A DNA stretch of 64,000 nt from the IMG/VR virus record IMGVR_UViG_3300029456_000117, one strand, 5' to 3'. Below, piece after piece: positions 19,133 to 28,310 of this stretch. The translations under genes and the position numbers were made by a program. Under the pieces are notes generated by a model. The model was not told the origin of the DNA, ran no database searches, and was given only the letters and a program-made list of their open reading frames with translations. Each line of letters starts with the position of its first letter. Within the stretch, counting starts at the first letter, position 1. The DNA is from a virus. Its lineage: Duplodnaviria > Heunggongvirae > Uroviricota > Caudoviricetes.

Positions 19133-19795
19133 TTATAATTCTACGCACCGGCAGTTGATGATCTCATCTATCGGTGCGCCCATACTATCATCGAGCGGGA
19201 ACATCATTTTGTACCCATTGATGATAAAAGGCTCGTTAATAGGAACTGTTTGGCCGTCCGCCTCCCAGTGGCTAACCCGGACACGTTCATCCCTCATGCT
19301 TACCCATGTGTGGGTATTCTGTTTCTTATCCACAAGGTTCTGATGATTTATCCAGTTATATATCCAGTTTGTCTCATTTAGGGCAATCTCTGTAGCTCTG
19401 ACATCAGAGAACATTCTTTTCACACTTTTGGGAACATCCTCTTCATTCATCATGCCACCGGTCATACGAGATATTTTATATTTATCGTTGCCGTTGGCAT
19501 TTGCAACTGCCCTCTCTGTGGCTTCCTGAATATACTTTGCAAATCTGTATGCCTTTTCCCTTACTTCTGTGTCGTACTGATATTCAGGCATCATGGCAAA
19601 ATAGAGATCCATGAGTTCATTTTCATAATCAGCACTCGTCTTTTCGTAAAGGAAAATGCCGGAAATAAGATTGAGGAACTGTGCTTCAAAGAAGTCTACA
19701 AGTGCATTTATAAACTCCTTGGCGGTTTTCTTCCGGCGGAGCTTATCGTCTTTGAGAATGTTCATTTCGTCAAAGTATTCAACCGGATTATACAT
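19133..19795 (-). CDS. minor head protein (Mu F / SPP1 gp7 family)
   Basis: 220 aa, with WVSMRDERVRVSHWEADGQTVPINEPF matching the Phage_Mu_F signature. It lies downstream of the portal. Confidence 0.7.
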   Translation of the reverse strand: MYNPVEYFDEMNILKDDKLRRKKTAKEFINALVDFFEAQFLNLISGIFLYEKTSADYENELMDLYFAMMPEYQYDTEVREKAYRFAKYIQEATERAVANANGNDKYKISRMTGGMMNEEDVPKSVKRMFSDVRATEIALNETNWIYNWINHQNLVDKKQNTHTWVSMRDERVRVSHWEADGQTVPINEPFIINGYKMMFPLDDSMGAPIDEIINCRCVEL

Positions 19796-19807
19796 AGTTC
19801 ACACCGC

Positions 19808-21424
19808 CTATTCTTCTACCATTGCAGTCTTACTTGGCTGCTTAGATTCCTCTGTCTTATCTTTTTCCGTGTTGTTCTCCCCACCGTTCCCCTCTTCATC
19901 CTTGTATGCGTTAGGGTTCGGTTGCTGTGTATTTTCCTCCTTGGAGGCAAGTTTCTTCTGTATGCCATCAATAATAGGCTTACTATCAACCCATGCCTGT
20001 TGTGGATCTGTGAACAGTCCAACAGTGTTAAACGATGTAAGACCGTCTACTCCGGCATTAAGCAATGCCACAAGGGAATTGGTCTTAGACACCAAATCAT
20101 AGGTTTTTGTACGGCAGAAACGGATTTCAACATCTGCTGTCTCTATATCTTTCAGACCGTCATACGGTCTCTGATCTGTCTTAATGATTTCGATTGCCAA
20201 ATCAATGAGCTGCATTTCCGGCTCAGTGAATAACTGTTCAACCGTCTTAGCGGAAATCTCCAAACACTGCCATCCATTGGATAACTGCATCGCACCGGTG
20301 GTTGAACCGCCACTTGCCTCCTGCCATGATGGTGTAGAGGTAATCTGCTCCAACTGAGAATTGAGATGATCCACAAGTTTCTGAACCTCACTCTCATTCA
20401 ATGTCTGATTGAGGTAAGTGATCTTTGCTTCCTTGCCGTCCCCGGTACTCTTTGTCATAATGACTCCATCGCCGTCTACGAGGTTTTTCTTGCCCTCTTC
20501 GTTTACCTGGCAGTTGTGCATCCAGAGTAAACTCTGAACGTGTTGCAGAATATCATTGATACGGTCAGAATCCACAAGATTCATTGCATCCATCAGTGGG
20601 ATAACCTTTTCAAAAATACCCATGCGGTCATTCAGATAAAATTCAACGACCGGTATTCTTCGGAGTGGGTTTGGTGCGATATTCTCTTTCAGATGATAGT
20701 CTGTCGTGTTCAACTCATGCTCAATGGTATAGCAGAAATTCTTTGAGTATGCCGTAAGAGTAATTGTTCCATCATCATGTACGGAATAGGTGCATCCTAG
20801 CACCGGTTCTCTATATGCGTCATTTGAGTACACCACAAAGGTTGTAAGTGGACTTGGAACCAATAGCTCAAATGGAGAATATCTGCTCTTATTTCTGTTC
20901 GGCAGCATCATCTGGTAGCCGACACCACAGATAAATAGGTTTCTTCCAAGGGCAATATCTTTTGCCGCTTTGCTCTGCTCCTGCATCATTTTATTGAGCA
21001 TGGCGATCTTCAAATCGTCAATATTCTCTCCATCGTCCTCATCCTTTTTTCTCAAAAATCCGAATAAGGCTTTCTTCTGTTTCTTTGTCGGTTCTATCTT
21101 TGCTCTCTGCACGAAAGTGATCGGGTTGGAAAAACAATATCCCAGATGCACGTCCACAATCTTTGAAGCATTGTTTTCTACGACTGTGGCATTGAGATCC
21201 GGTCTGATTTTCTTTTCACGGTTAAGAATTGGCTGATTGCCTTTCTCGTACTCAAAAAGAAAAACTTCCTGTGCCACATTCTCCTGGTGTTCCATAAACG
21301 CCTTAGATACAACCGATATGATATTGTCTTTCGTAATTTCCCTCTCATCAGTCATTAACATTCGTCTACCGAGAGTTGGACGGTTGCTTGCGTACATGAA
21401 GTTTCCCCTTTCTGAATAAAACAA
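19808..21424 (-). CDS. portal protein
   Basis: 538 aa with an acidic C-terminal tail. It is the first gene of the head module, next to the Mu-F-like gene. Confidence 0.8.
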   Translation of the reverse strand: MFYSERGNFMYASNRPTLGRRMLMTDEREITKDNIISVVSKAFMEHQENVAQEVFLFEYEKGNQPILNREKKIRPDLNATVVENNASKIVDVHLGYCFSNPITFVQRAKIEPTKKQKKALFGFLRKKDEDDGENIDDLKIAMLNKMMQEQSKAAKDIALGRNLFICGVGYQMMLPNRNKSRYSPFELLVPSPLTTFVVYSNDAYREPVLGCTYSVHDDGTITLTAYSKNFCYTIEHELNTTDYHLKENIAPNPLRRIPVVEFYLNDRMGIFEKVIPLMDAMNLVDSDRINDILQHVQSLLWMHNCQVNEEGKKNLVDGDGVIMTKSTGDGKEAKITYLNQTLNESEVQKLVDHLNSQLEQITSTPSWQEASGGSTTGAMQLSNGWQCLEISAKTVEQLFTEPEMQLIDLAIEIIKTDQRPYDGLKDIETADVEIRFCRTKTYDLVSKTNSLVALLNAGVDGLTSFNTVGLFTDPQQAWVDSKPIIDGIQKKLASKEENTQQPNPNAYKDEEGNGGENNTEKDKTEESKQPSKTAMVEE

Positions 21425-21645
21425 AAGAACCGATCAAGTCTACTTATGACTTAACCGGCTCAAAGGCTCTTTGCTTAATTCTATTTTTATTACTTCCTTA
21501 CATCCACGGCAGTTTATAAAAATCGTGCCGGATGCTCCGGGTGCTTTCTTGAAAAGAAGTTTTTCACGGTTTGCCCGCGCCTTACATACAGGGCAGTATA
21601 CGTTTTCCGTTTCCAATATAGCTGCTCCTTTCTGTATGTGGATAG

Positions 21646-21719
21646 TTGCGTGGATGGGATTTGAACCCACGACCGTCTGATTAAAAGTCAGATGCGCTAC
21701 CGAACTGCGCCACCACACA
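21646..21719 (-). tRNA. tRNA-Lys (anticodon UUU)
   Basis: Cloverleaf is TGTGTGG-TG-GCGC/AGTTCGGTA/GCGC-A-TCTGA/CTTTTAA/TCAGA-CGGTC-GTGGG/TTCAAAT/CCCAT-CCACGCA-A. Confidence 0.75.
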
Positions 21720-21789
21720 TTACTGGGCGGCTCACCACCGCCCTATCCTACAATAATGGAGGAACCCATGGCCTCTCGAAAGAGGCAAG

Positions 21790-21862
21790 AGCCGAGAGTG
21801 GGAATCGAACCCACAACCTTTTGATTACAAATCAAATGCTCTGCCAGTTGAGCTATCCGGGC
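21790..21862 (-). tRNA. tRNA-Thr (anticodon UGU)
   Basis: D arm is GCTC/AACTGGCA/GAGC, anticodon arm is TTTGA/TTTGTAA/TCAAA, T arm is GTGGG/TTCGATT/CCCAC. The acceptor has one mismatch. Confidence 0.65.
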
Positions 21863-21864
21863 TT

Positions 21865-22004
21865 ACCAATATGGAGTAGCGTTCACTACTCCATATCAAG
21901 AAAGGGATAATCCACCAACGTCTATACCAAGACACCATCATTTTAACAAAAAAGGAACAACCACGCATTAGAATATCGGTGAAACCGATATTCTAATGCA
22001 GTCA
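21865..22004. terminator. two strong hairpins (candidate bidirectional terminators) between the tRNA pair and accessory genes
   Basis: First hairpin is atatggagtag-cgttca-ctactccatat at about 21866-21893. Second is gcattagaatatcggt-gaa-accgatattctaatgc at about 21968-22004. Confidence 0.4.
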
Positions 22005-22024
22005 TTCCTCGTTAAATGATAAAA

Positions 22025-22249
22025 TTAAAATTTTATGATGTAATTGAGTTCGTTATTATATGTCTTTTGGTTCGTAGTCGATGCAGTAATCATCCCAGGA
22101 TGTGACCGCTCCATAGCAATCACTTTCCTCATTGGCGCATATCCAATCCGTTGTCCCATTAAAATTATCATGCCAAGCACATGATCCGCAATTTCCGTTA
22201 CATTCCATTCTGCATCTCCATCAATCTCTGTGCCTCTTCCGGGCTGCAT
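22025..22249 (-). CDS. hypothetical protein
   Basis: 74-aa ORF. Confidence 0.3.
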   Translation of the reverse strand: MQPGRGTEIDGDAEWNVTEIADHVLGMIILMGQRIGYAPMRKVIAMERSHPGMITASTTNQKTYNNELNYIIKF

Positions 22250-22530
22250 ACCGTCACTCCGGTTTCTTCCTCACACTTCTTTACCATACCGGCTCCGTCC
22301 CCAGCATAGCTTTCCCAAATGTGCTGTGATTCTACGAACACATCATTGATACGCTTATATCCGAATCCATAGGTTCTGTGAAGTGCTATGGCAATCGCAG
22401 CATATATCTGTGGAACCATCTGGTCTGCCGCAGTAGCAACGTTCTGTGAGCGGTTTCTTCTGGCGATTTCATTCAGGGAATTTATCAGTTTGTTATTCTT
22501 CGCCATATCTTTCCTCCAGTGCATCCTCAA
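22198..22530 (-). CDS. hypothetical protein
   Basis: 110-aa ORF. Confidence 0.35.
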   Translation of the reverse strand: MRMHWRKDMAKNNKLINSLNEIARRNRSQNVATAADQMVPQIYAAIAIALHRTYGFGYKRINDVFVESQHIWESYAGDGAGMVKKCEEETGVTVCSPEEAQRLMEMQNGM

Positions 22531-23236
22531 TAATAGAGTCCGTGTAAAGAAATTCTTTCATATCTGCTCCGTAGCAAGACGGCTCGATAGGTTCTCCACC
22601 ATAACAAGCCATTCCATGAGGACATTCAGCGTTTTCAGGACAATATTTGCAATAATCCTCTCCGTCATGTGTTTTCAGCCATTCATCAAGGATTTGTTCG
22701 TCTCGATGCTTTTCAAATACCGCTATTGCATCTGCCAGAAAGTCGGTCTGGGCAAACCATTTCAGATCGTCAATCACTTTCCACGGGTTATCGCCAGATA
22801 CATTCATACAAACTTCATGTAACCTTTCCATTTGATCGCAGTCTTTATATTTTTCCTCTATTTCTGCGATAGGAGATTTTAATGCGTGATAATTGCGAAT
22901 GTGAACATAATTGAAGTATGCCGAGGAATATTCCCCTACTTCATACTCTCCGGGTTCAAATGTGTGGTTTTGCATCACGATCTGCAAAGCAACTGGAAGC
23001 TCGATAATGAGCATTTCGGCTTTTTCAATATCCTCAGCAGCGTATTCTCCACTTTCTTCATCGCAGTGCCATCCCATGATTTCACACACATTCGTTGTGG
23101 GACCGCTGTTCCCGAATGGTCTTTTAACATCTATTACCGGTCTATATCTATCCTTAGAATCTATTAAAATGGAGATTCTAAAATTAAGGTCTGTCATAAT
23201 CTTTATGTGCTCCGGTTTTAATTTAAAACTTGGCAT
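22493..23236 (-). CDS. hypothetical protein (Cys/His-rich)
   Basis: 247-aa ORF. Confidence 0.45.
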   Translation of the reverse strand: MPSFKLKPEHIKIMTDLNFRISILIDSKDRYRPVIDVKRPFGNSGPTTNVCEIMGWHCDEESGEYAAEDIEKAEMLIIELPVALQIVMQNHTFEPGEYEVGEYSSAYFNYVHIRNYHALKSPIAEIEEKYKDCDQMERLHEVCMNVSGDNPWKVIDDLKWFAQTDFLADAIAVFEKHRDEQILDEWLKTHDGEDYCKYCPENAECPHGMACYGGEPIEPSCYGADMKEFLYTDSIIEDALEERYGEE

Positions 23237-23242
23237 ATCAAC

Positions 23243-23557
23243 CTACCTCCGTTTCATTCCTCTGACTGTATGTTTCCTTTTGTTTCCCATAAATCTGCCA
23301 CTTCCCTTTGAACCGCCAAATATGAAAGCGGACATATTTCCGCCGGACGGTTTCTGTGTAGGTGGTGTTTCTGACGGTGCCGGTTTATACTTGGGTCTCC
23401 ATACCATGACAATTTTATTGTCTTTGGGATCCACAAATCCAATACCATTTTCAAAGATAGTAAGATTAAGTCCATGCCGGATGCAGGCCTCTTCGATCTC
23501 TTTCTGCACCTCAACCGCTTTTTTCTGTGCTTCTGTCATTATATCTTCTCCTTTCAT
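23243..23557 (-). CDS. hypothetical protein
   Basis: 104-aa ORF. Confidence 0.4.
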   Translation of the reverse strand: MKGEDIMTEAQKKAVEVQKEIEEACIRHGLNLTIFENGIGFVDPKDNKIVMVWRPKYKPAPSETPPTQKPSGGNMSAFIFGGSKGSGRFMGNKRKHTVRGMKRR

Positions 23558-23581
23558 CGGTCAATCTCACACCTCATCATC

Positions 23582-23896
23582 CTAAACTTTCAGTTTTTCA
23601 ATTTCTTCAAGGACCGTGGTATACTCGGCATTTATAATCTCAATCAGTTTATCTCTGGAATTTTTAATGTTGGCAGCATAGGTTTCCAATATCAATGCCA
23701 TTGTCTTATTTGCCTCTTCCTGACTGAGTAAGGTTGCTGTATCTCTGCCTCCATCTGCGTGAATATAGAGTTTGGCCTGTCCTTGCTGATCCGCATTGTA
23801 TGCTTTCATGCTTTGAATTAACGTAGTTGCCTCTGTACTCACGGAATCTATTGTTCCAAGGTATGATCTGCACATTTCATAATTTGTAGTGTTCAT
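23582..23896 (-). CDS. hypothetical protein
   Basis: 104-aa ORF. Confidence 0.4.
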   Translation of the reverse strand: MNTTNYEMCRSYLGTIDSVSTEATTLIQSMKAYNADQQGQAKLYIHADGGRDTATLLSQEEANKTMALILETYAANIKNSRDKLIEIINAEYTTVLEEIEKLKV

Positions 23897-23932
23897 ATTT
23901 CTGTAAACCTCTTTCCGTCTGCATATCGTCTG

Positions 23933-24136
23933 TCAATAATCGTTTTTTATAAAACCTTTTCGTTGAGCGCAACTCATGCAGTAATTGTATCTGCCGTAAA
24001 TGATTCCTCCGCATCCCCTGCATTTATGTCCTCGCTCTATTGCTTTCCCATACGGTTGTCCTAATGCGTAATAGCATTTCCTGCAGTATGTGTAATGATC
24101 CTGACAATAGCCTCCGCATCTTTGACAAAATGCCAT
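23933..24136 (-). CDS. Cys-rich zinc-ribbon-like small protein
   Basis: 67 aa with several CxxC pairs. Confidence 0.4.
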   Translation of the reverse strand: MAFCQRCGGYCQDHYTYCRKCYYALGQPYGKAIERGHKCRGCGGIIYGRYNYCMSCAQRKGFIKNDY

Positions 24137-24295
24137 TTTTAATTACCATCCTTTCTATCCATCAAACACTGGAAGAATTTTTCAATTTCGTCTTTGAGTT
24201 CTTTTGAATCTGTTTCAAACACAACCTTGTATTCTTTCTTTCTGCTTCCGTCTTTCAGTTCTATATCATCACTATTTGAATACCACGATTTCATA

Positions 24296-24562
24296 TCAGT
24301 TTTCCTCCGAGTATCTAACGCGTTCTGGATTCACTTTCATGGCACACTCCCGGCATATAAATTGATTGGAATGGTTCTTGATAAGGCCAAGATACGGTTT
24401 TTCCTCAGAACCGAATTTATATCCGCACGCAAAGCACTTATCTAATCCTCTATTCTTAACTCCGAGTGACTGTCGGAACATTAGTGTTTCTCCGATTGTA
24501 CTCTGCCACTTGGCGCAATCATAGATTTCATAATTCCTTACGGTTGTTTTTGATATTTTCAT
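24296..24562 (-). CDS. zinc-ribbon small protein
   Basis: 88 aa with CFACGY...CRECAMK. Confidence 0.4.
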   Translation of the reverse strand: MKISKTTVRNYEIYDCAKWQSTIGETLMFRQSLGVKNRGLDKCFACGYKFGSEEKPYLGLIKNHSNQFICRECAMKVNPERVRYSEEN

Positions 24563-24772
24563 CTACCGTCCTAACCTTTCCTGAATGATTTTCTGTCCAT
24601 CTTCACTCTCATAAAACCTTTGAATTGTTCCGAAACAAAACCTCACTCCATCAGGGATCGGCATATAAGTAAGCAGCTCTCCGGTTTCTAATCGCATTTC
24701 GCAGGATTTAATTCCGAAAATCTTTGATTTACACGTCAACTGAAACTTGTGTTTACAGGTCTGTTCTGCCAT
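24563..24772 (-). CDS. hypothetical protein
   Basis: 69-aa ORF. Confidence 0.35.
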   Translation of the reverse strand: MAEQTCKHKFQLTCKSKIFGIKSCEMRLETGELLTYMPIPDGVRFCFGTIQRFYESEDGQKIIQERLGR

Positions 24773-25448
24773 CGTCCTCTCCGATCTCCGAGAACTTCGT
24801 GTATATCCTGTTCTCAGCGTAGTAGATGTTATAATCTTTCTGCCGGATGTAATGCCACAATCCTTTTTCGTGACCGGCTTTCAGAAAATCATGGTTGTAA
24901 TACTCCGTCTCGTACCGCTCATTAACCATCTGCCGGAAACTGAGTTCATCTATCTGGTCTGAGGAATGAACAAAGTCTGAGATCTTGGTAATATCCTCTT
25001 TCGATAATTTCTCTGTTGCCACGAACACAACTCTTACGATTTCCGTTCCGTGTCTCTCCACATATTCCAAATCCTCAACGGATTGCAGATGATACACCAC
25101 TCTTTTGCAGAAATGGTACGGAAACTCCGACTCTGTGTAGCTCGTGTGCATTTCCATTGGAATACCGGCTTTAATGCAGATACCCATAACCATGCCGAGA
25201 TACATAGGCACAAGAGGATTGTCACTATACCGGTAAAGCGGATCTCCACCGCCGGAGATAGATACGATATTCGCTCCGGTCAATGTAATGGCATCCTCCA
25301 ATTTATCCAGACCGTCCACCGTGGATTTCGGCACTTTAATTCCATTCTCCCGGACTATGCAGTAAGGGCATCTGCCGTGGCAACCAAAGTTTGTTATTAC
25401 ACTCAGGTATTTATCCATTGATTGAATCCTCCCATAATTTATCCACAA
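24753..25448 (-). CDS. radical SAM enzyme (NrdG/QueE-like activating enzyme)
   Basis: 231 aa with a CxxxCxxC cluster (GCHGRCPYCIV) and a glycine-rich SAM motif (ISGGGDP). Confidence 0.55.
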   Translation of the reverse strand: MWINYGRIQSMDKYLSVITNFGCHGRCPYCIVRENGIKVPKSTVDGLDKLEDAITLTGANIVSISGGGDPLYRYSDNPLVPMYLGMVMGICIKAGIPMEMHTSYTESEFPYHFCKRVVYHLQSVEDLEYVERHGTEIVRVVFVATEKLSKEDITKISDFVHSSDQIDELSFRQMVNERYETEYYNHDFLKAGHEKGLWHYIRQKDYNIYYAENRIYTKFSEIGEDDGRTDL

Positions 25449-25818
25449 AGGTCTCTTCTATCCTTGCCAGAACCTTATCAGCTTTCACATCACTTTCAGG
25501 AACTTCGTGATAGATATATGTCTGCATGATTGCATTTGAGCCAAAAGTACCCATGACAAAGGAAATGGGATTCCCAAACCTCTTGCAAAGGAAATACTCT
25601 ATGAACTGATCGTGATGCTTATTCGCATGAACATACACATATCCATCATCTTCATATCCTCTGCCCTCATTCAAATCTGGATTGTAGTACACCTTATAGA
25701 CCTTGATTGATTCTCGTATGACCTTTTCATCGTGTTCTTTCGCTTCTTTCTCATTATCAAACTCTTTTCCGTCTGATGTTGTGTAGATAGTCCTTTTCTT
25801 TACCATTCTAACCTCCAA
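25411..25818 (-). CDS. hypothetical protein
   Basis: 135-aa ORF. Confidence 0.4.
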   Translation of the reverse strand: MEVRMVKKRTIYTTSDGKEFDNEKEAKEHDEKVIRESIKVYKVYYNPDLNEGRGYEDDGYVYVHANKHHDQFIEYFLCKRFGNPISFVMGTFGSNAIMQTYIYHEVPESDVKADKVLARIEETFVDKLWEDSING

Positions 25819-25900
25819 ATTCTAATTTTGATTGTTCATTTTCAATTCTCCATAAAAAATAGGTGGTAGTCATTCCGACCGCCACCTACTGTTACACACT

Positions 25901-27352
25901 CTATTCAACTGTGATGCAATCATATCTCTCAGAATTGATTGTGTTCTCCATTGCCTCAACCGGGTTGTAACCAAGGTTCTGCAGAATCTGTTTGAATACC
26001 GTCACGGACTGTCCGCTTGCAAGCTGCACGCCCTTGCGGTTGTGATCTGCATGGAATACATCGTGTCTGCTATTCACATTCCAGAAGATAATGTTCGGGA
26101 TTACATAACCAGCCTTGCGGAACTTATTTGCCATCTTGTCATAGAAAGACCACTCACGGTTTCCACAACAGTCAATTTCCATGTCTGATATGACAACGAT
26201 TGCTTTCGGCATTTCCTCCTGCGGAGTATTGTGTTTTTCCGCAATTTCAAGAACCCTCTCAAAAGCAGCTTTAAGGTCTGTGTTATTATCCCAATTTGCT
26301 CTGCTTACGTTGTGGATCTTCTGTTCAATGGTTTCTCCCCTCAGAATAACCGTCTCTGGTCTGTCAGAGAATGTCATAAACAGATTGTGGTATGCACCCA
26401 CATTTCTCTCTGCAAAATAGATTGCAAGACCGATTGATGTTGCCATAGGTCTGCCTCTCATGGAACCGGACACATCCGCCATAACTAAAGCGTTTGTTCC
26501 TTTCTCCACATAATCCGGCAAGGCTTTCCACTGGGCTTCAAGTACCTTGTTGCTCTCTCTGCCGTAAAGGATCTTCTCAACAATATCGTAAGGGAATAGT
26601 GTTGAGGCATTGATCTTTACCTCTCCCTTTTCTGCTTTGCTGATAAACTCTCCAAATCTCTCAGCATCATGTTTCATAAATGCCTTGCGGTAAATCATCA
26701 TCGCACGGCTCGGAACTTCCGGGTATTTGATTTCATCCCATCTTCCGGCTGACATAAGACTTTCAACGACACCGATCTGTTTTCTCATGCTACGGACGAT
26801 TCTCTTGAAATTGTAGACTGGATAGCCTAATTTCTGCGCCGTAAGGATTCCGAGTTTTCTTGTGGCAGAGCTGCTTGCATCTGCGGTCTTAATCCACTTT
26901 GCAAGTAAGGAAATTGCATTTCCGGCATTGAGGTTCTGTAAATCTTCCTCAAACTGTTTCTTCATTGCAGCCCACATATCGTCCTCCAACGGAGTGCCGA
27001 TAAGCTCATACAGATCATCATATCTTCCGAACACACCGACCAGATCAAGGTTCGGTCTGAGTGCTTCCGGGTGTTTCTCTGCCATATAACGAATAATGGT
27101 TCTGAAAGTCTTTCTCTCTCCAAGACCGCCGCGAATGTCTCTTGCATAGAACGCAATCTTTGTAGCAAAGAGTTTGTCCTGTGCGTATGCCTCCGCAAAC
27201 AGAGTGGTAATTCTGTTCTCATCAGCCTCTCTCAGCGATCCGATTGTACCAAACAGATCCAATCTGGCATCGCCAGAAGTATTCAGTGCCACCGCACCAT
27301 TTTCAGTCCGGGTAAATCTACCCTCTTCTCTCATTGCATCTGCAAAGCTCAT
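25901..27352 (-). CDS. rsr: Ro60/Rsr-like RNA-binding protein (TROVE domain plus C-terminal vWA/MIDAS)
   Basis: 483 aa. The C-terminal vWA domain carries MIDAS motif DVSGSM (VMADVSGSMRGRPMATSIGLAIYFAERN). The N-terminal roughly 350 aa are helical-repeat TROVE-like. Size and architecture match bacterial Rsr. Confidence 0.7.
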   Translation of the reverse strand: MSFADAMREEGRFTRTENGAVALNTSGDARLDLFGTIGSLREADENRITTLFAEAYAQDKLFATKIAFYARDIRGGLGERKTFRTIIRYMAEKHPEALRPNLDLVGVFGRYDDLYELIGTPLEDDMWAAMKKQFEEDLQNLNAGNAISLLAKWIKTADASSSATRKLGILTAQKLGYPVYNFKRIVRSMRKQIGVVESLMSAGRWDEIKYPEVPSRAMMIYRKAFMKHDAERFGEFISKAEKGEVKINASTLFPYDIVEKILYGRESNKVLEAQWKALPDYVEKGTNALVMADVSGSMRGRPMATSIGLAIYFAERNVGAYHNLFMTFSDRPETVILRGETIEQKIHNVSRANWDNNTDLKAAFERVLEIAEKHNTPQEEMPKAIVVISDMEIDCCGNREWSFYDKMANKFRKAGYVIPNIIFWNVNSRHDVFHADHNRKGVQLASGQSVTVFKQILQNLGYNPVEAMENTINSERYDCITVE

Positions 27353-27369
27353 GTTTTCCTACCTTTCCA

Positions 27370-27465
27370 GGACTCTCATTTACGGAATTGAACCGTTTCA
27401 CATTGTTTTTTAGACATTTGCTTTAACCATTGTGATTGCTGTAGGAGTCCCTATAAAATTGTTTA
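27370..27465 (-). ncRNA. tRNA-like/Y-RNA-like element next to rsr (acceptor-like terminal stem, internal T-loop GGTTCAATTCC, conserved GTGAC..ACAGCAATC motif)
   Basis: 5' GGGACTC pairs with 3' GAGTCCT. An internal T-loop-like CGG/TTCAATT/CCG is present. Motif copy 1. No anticodon arm. Confidence 0.3.
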
Positions 27466-27475
27466 CTGTTTCATT

Positions 27476-27560
27476 GTCAGGACACTATTGGGGTTTATGA
27501 TTAACAGTCATATCCAAAAGGGTTGCTGTAAGTGTCCCATGTAAAGTTTTATGCCTATCT
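27476..27560 (-). ncRNA. armless tRNA-like element (acceptor stem plus Asn-like anticodon arm TATGA/CTGTTAA/TCATA, no T arm)
   Basis: 5' GGGACAC pairs with 3' GTGTCCT. Motif copy 2 occupies the D-arm position. Confidence 0.3.
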
Positions 27561-27803
27561 GGCTAACTTTTTAAGTTCATACCGCCTGTTATGTATCGCT
27601 CCGACAGAACGACCAATTTTCTCAGACAATTCAGAATCGGTAATCTCATGCTTGATTACCAGTGTATCTTCCTCCGCAGTCCACGGATGAGACGGATATA
27701 GAAATGAAGTTTTGCTGTAATATCGCCTATGCTGTCTCTGACACGCCTTATGATACTTTTCCATATCCCTATAATCTTCTTTTCGGTTCATAGGCAACCT
27801 CAT
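27555..27803 (-). CDS. small Myb/HTH-like DNA-binding protein
   Basis: 82 aa. WTAEEDTLV...LSEKIGRSVGAIHNRRYEL resembles a Myb/SANT or sigma-region-4-like HTH. Confidence 0.4.
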   Translation of the reverse strand: MRLPMNRKEDYRDMEKYHKACQRQHRRYYSKTSFLYPSHPWTAEEDTLVIKHEITDSELSEKIGRSVGAIHNRRYELKKLAR

Positions 27804-27886
27804 TTCTTTACATGACGCTGTTTCAAACGGGAAAATATTGTCAATGGAATTTTCTGTTTTGAAAGATTGCTGTAAGCGTCACTTAA

Positions 27887-27987
27887 TTGCCCCGACAGGA
27901 CTTGAACCCGTATGCTCGATTGCTGTGCGGAACACAAGCGTTATCGCAGTCATGTTCCCTCCGGTTTACCATAACCGGCAATCGGGG
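27887..27987 (-). ncRNA. YrlA-like tRNA mimic 1 (101 nt; acceptor, D and T arms intact; anticodon stem-loop replaced by a long bulged helix)
   Basis: Acceptor stem is GCCCCGA/TCGGGGC. D arm is CCGG/TTATGGTAAA/CCGG. T arm is CGGG/TTCAAGT/CCTG. The middle section is GGAAC-ATGACT-GCG-ATAA-CGC-TTGT-GTTCC plus motif copy 4. Confidence 0.45.
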
Positions 27988-27989
27988 CA

Positions 27990-28108
27990 GAGACGAGGGA
28001 CGGAATCGAACCGCCGACACATGCCTTGGATTGGAATGAGATTGCTGCTGAGATCACTAACATGATCTGCGTATTCATATCATTGCTCTACCATCTGAGC
28101 TACCTCGC
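27990..28108 (-). ncRNA. YrlA-like tRNA mimic 2 (119 nt)
   Basis: Acceptor stem is GGCGAGG/CCTCGTC. D arm is GCTC/AGATGGT/AGAGC. T arm is GGCGG/TTCGATT/CCGTC. About 65 nt of extra structured sequence, containing motif copy 5, replaces the anticodon/variable region. Confidence 0.45.
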
Positions 28109-28158
28109 CATGTGGCACGTCTTATTGATTTGTAAGGACGTTTGTGCCATCGCCTTGA

Positions 28159-28278
28159 TTGGAGAGAGTTGGATTTGAACCAACAATGAAGCAGGCCCCA
28201 AGCTGTAAGATTTGCTGTCAGCATCACAAACATGATGTATTGTACATAACTGCCGCGTCTACCGTTCCGCCATCTCTC
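28159..28278 (-). ncRNA. YrlA-like tRNA mimic 3 (120 nt)
   Basis: Perfect acceptor stem GGAGAGA/TCTCTCC. T arm is GTTGG/TTCAAAT/CCAAC. The body has multiple small hairpins and motif copy 6, with no 7-nt anticodon loop. Confidence 0.45.
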
Positions 28279-28310
28279 CATATTCAGTTTTAATACGGAA
28301 ATCCGTATCA

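Noticed and set aside
21790-21862. Initial reading of this tRNA as tRNA-Tyr (GUA)
   Set aside because: Re-registering the anticodon stem (TTTGA/TCAAA) places UGU at positions 34-36. It is a class I tRNA with no long variable arm, so it is tRNA-Thr.
27353-27560. Canonical Ro-binding helix (GGUCCGA-type) in the rsr-proximal RNAs
   Set aside because: The motif was not found by eye. The Rsr-binding site, if any, may instead be the novel GUGAY-N4-ACAGCAAUC element. The Y-RNA assignment therefore remains a hypothesis.
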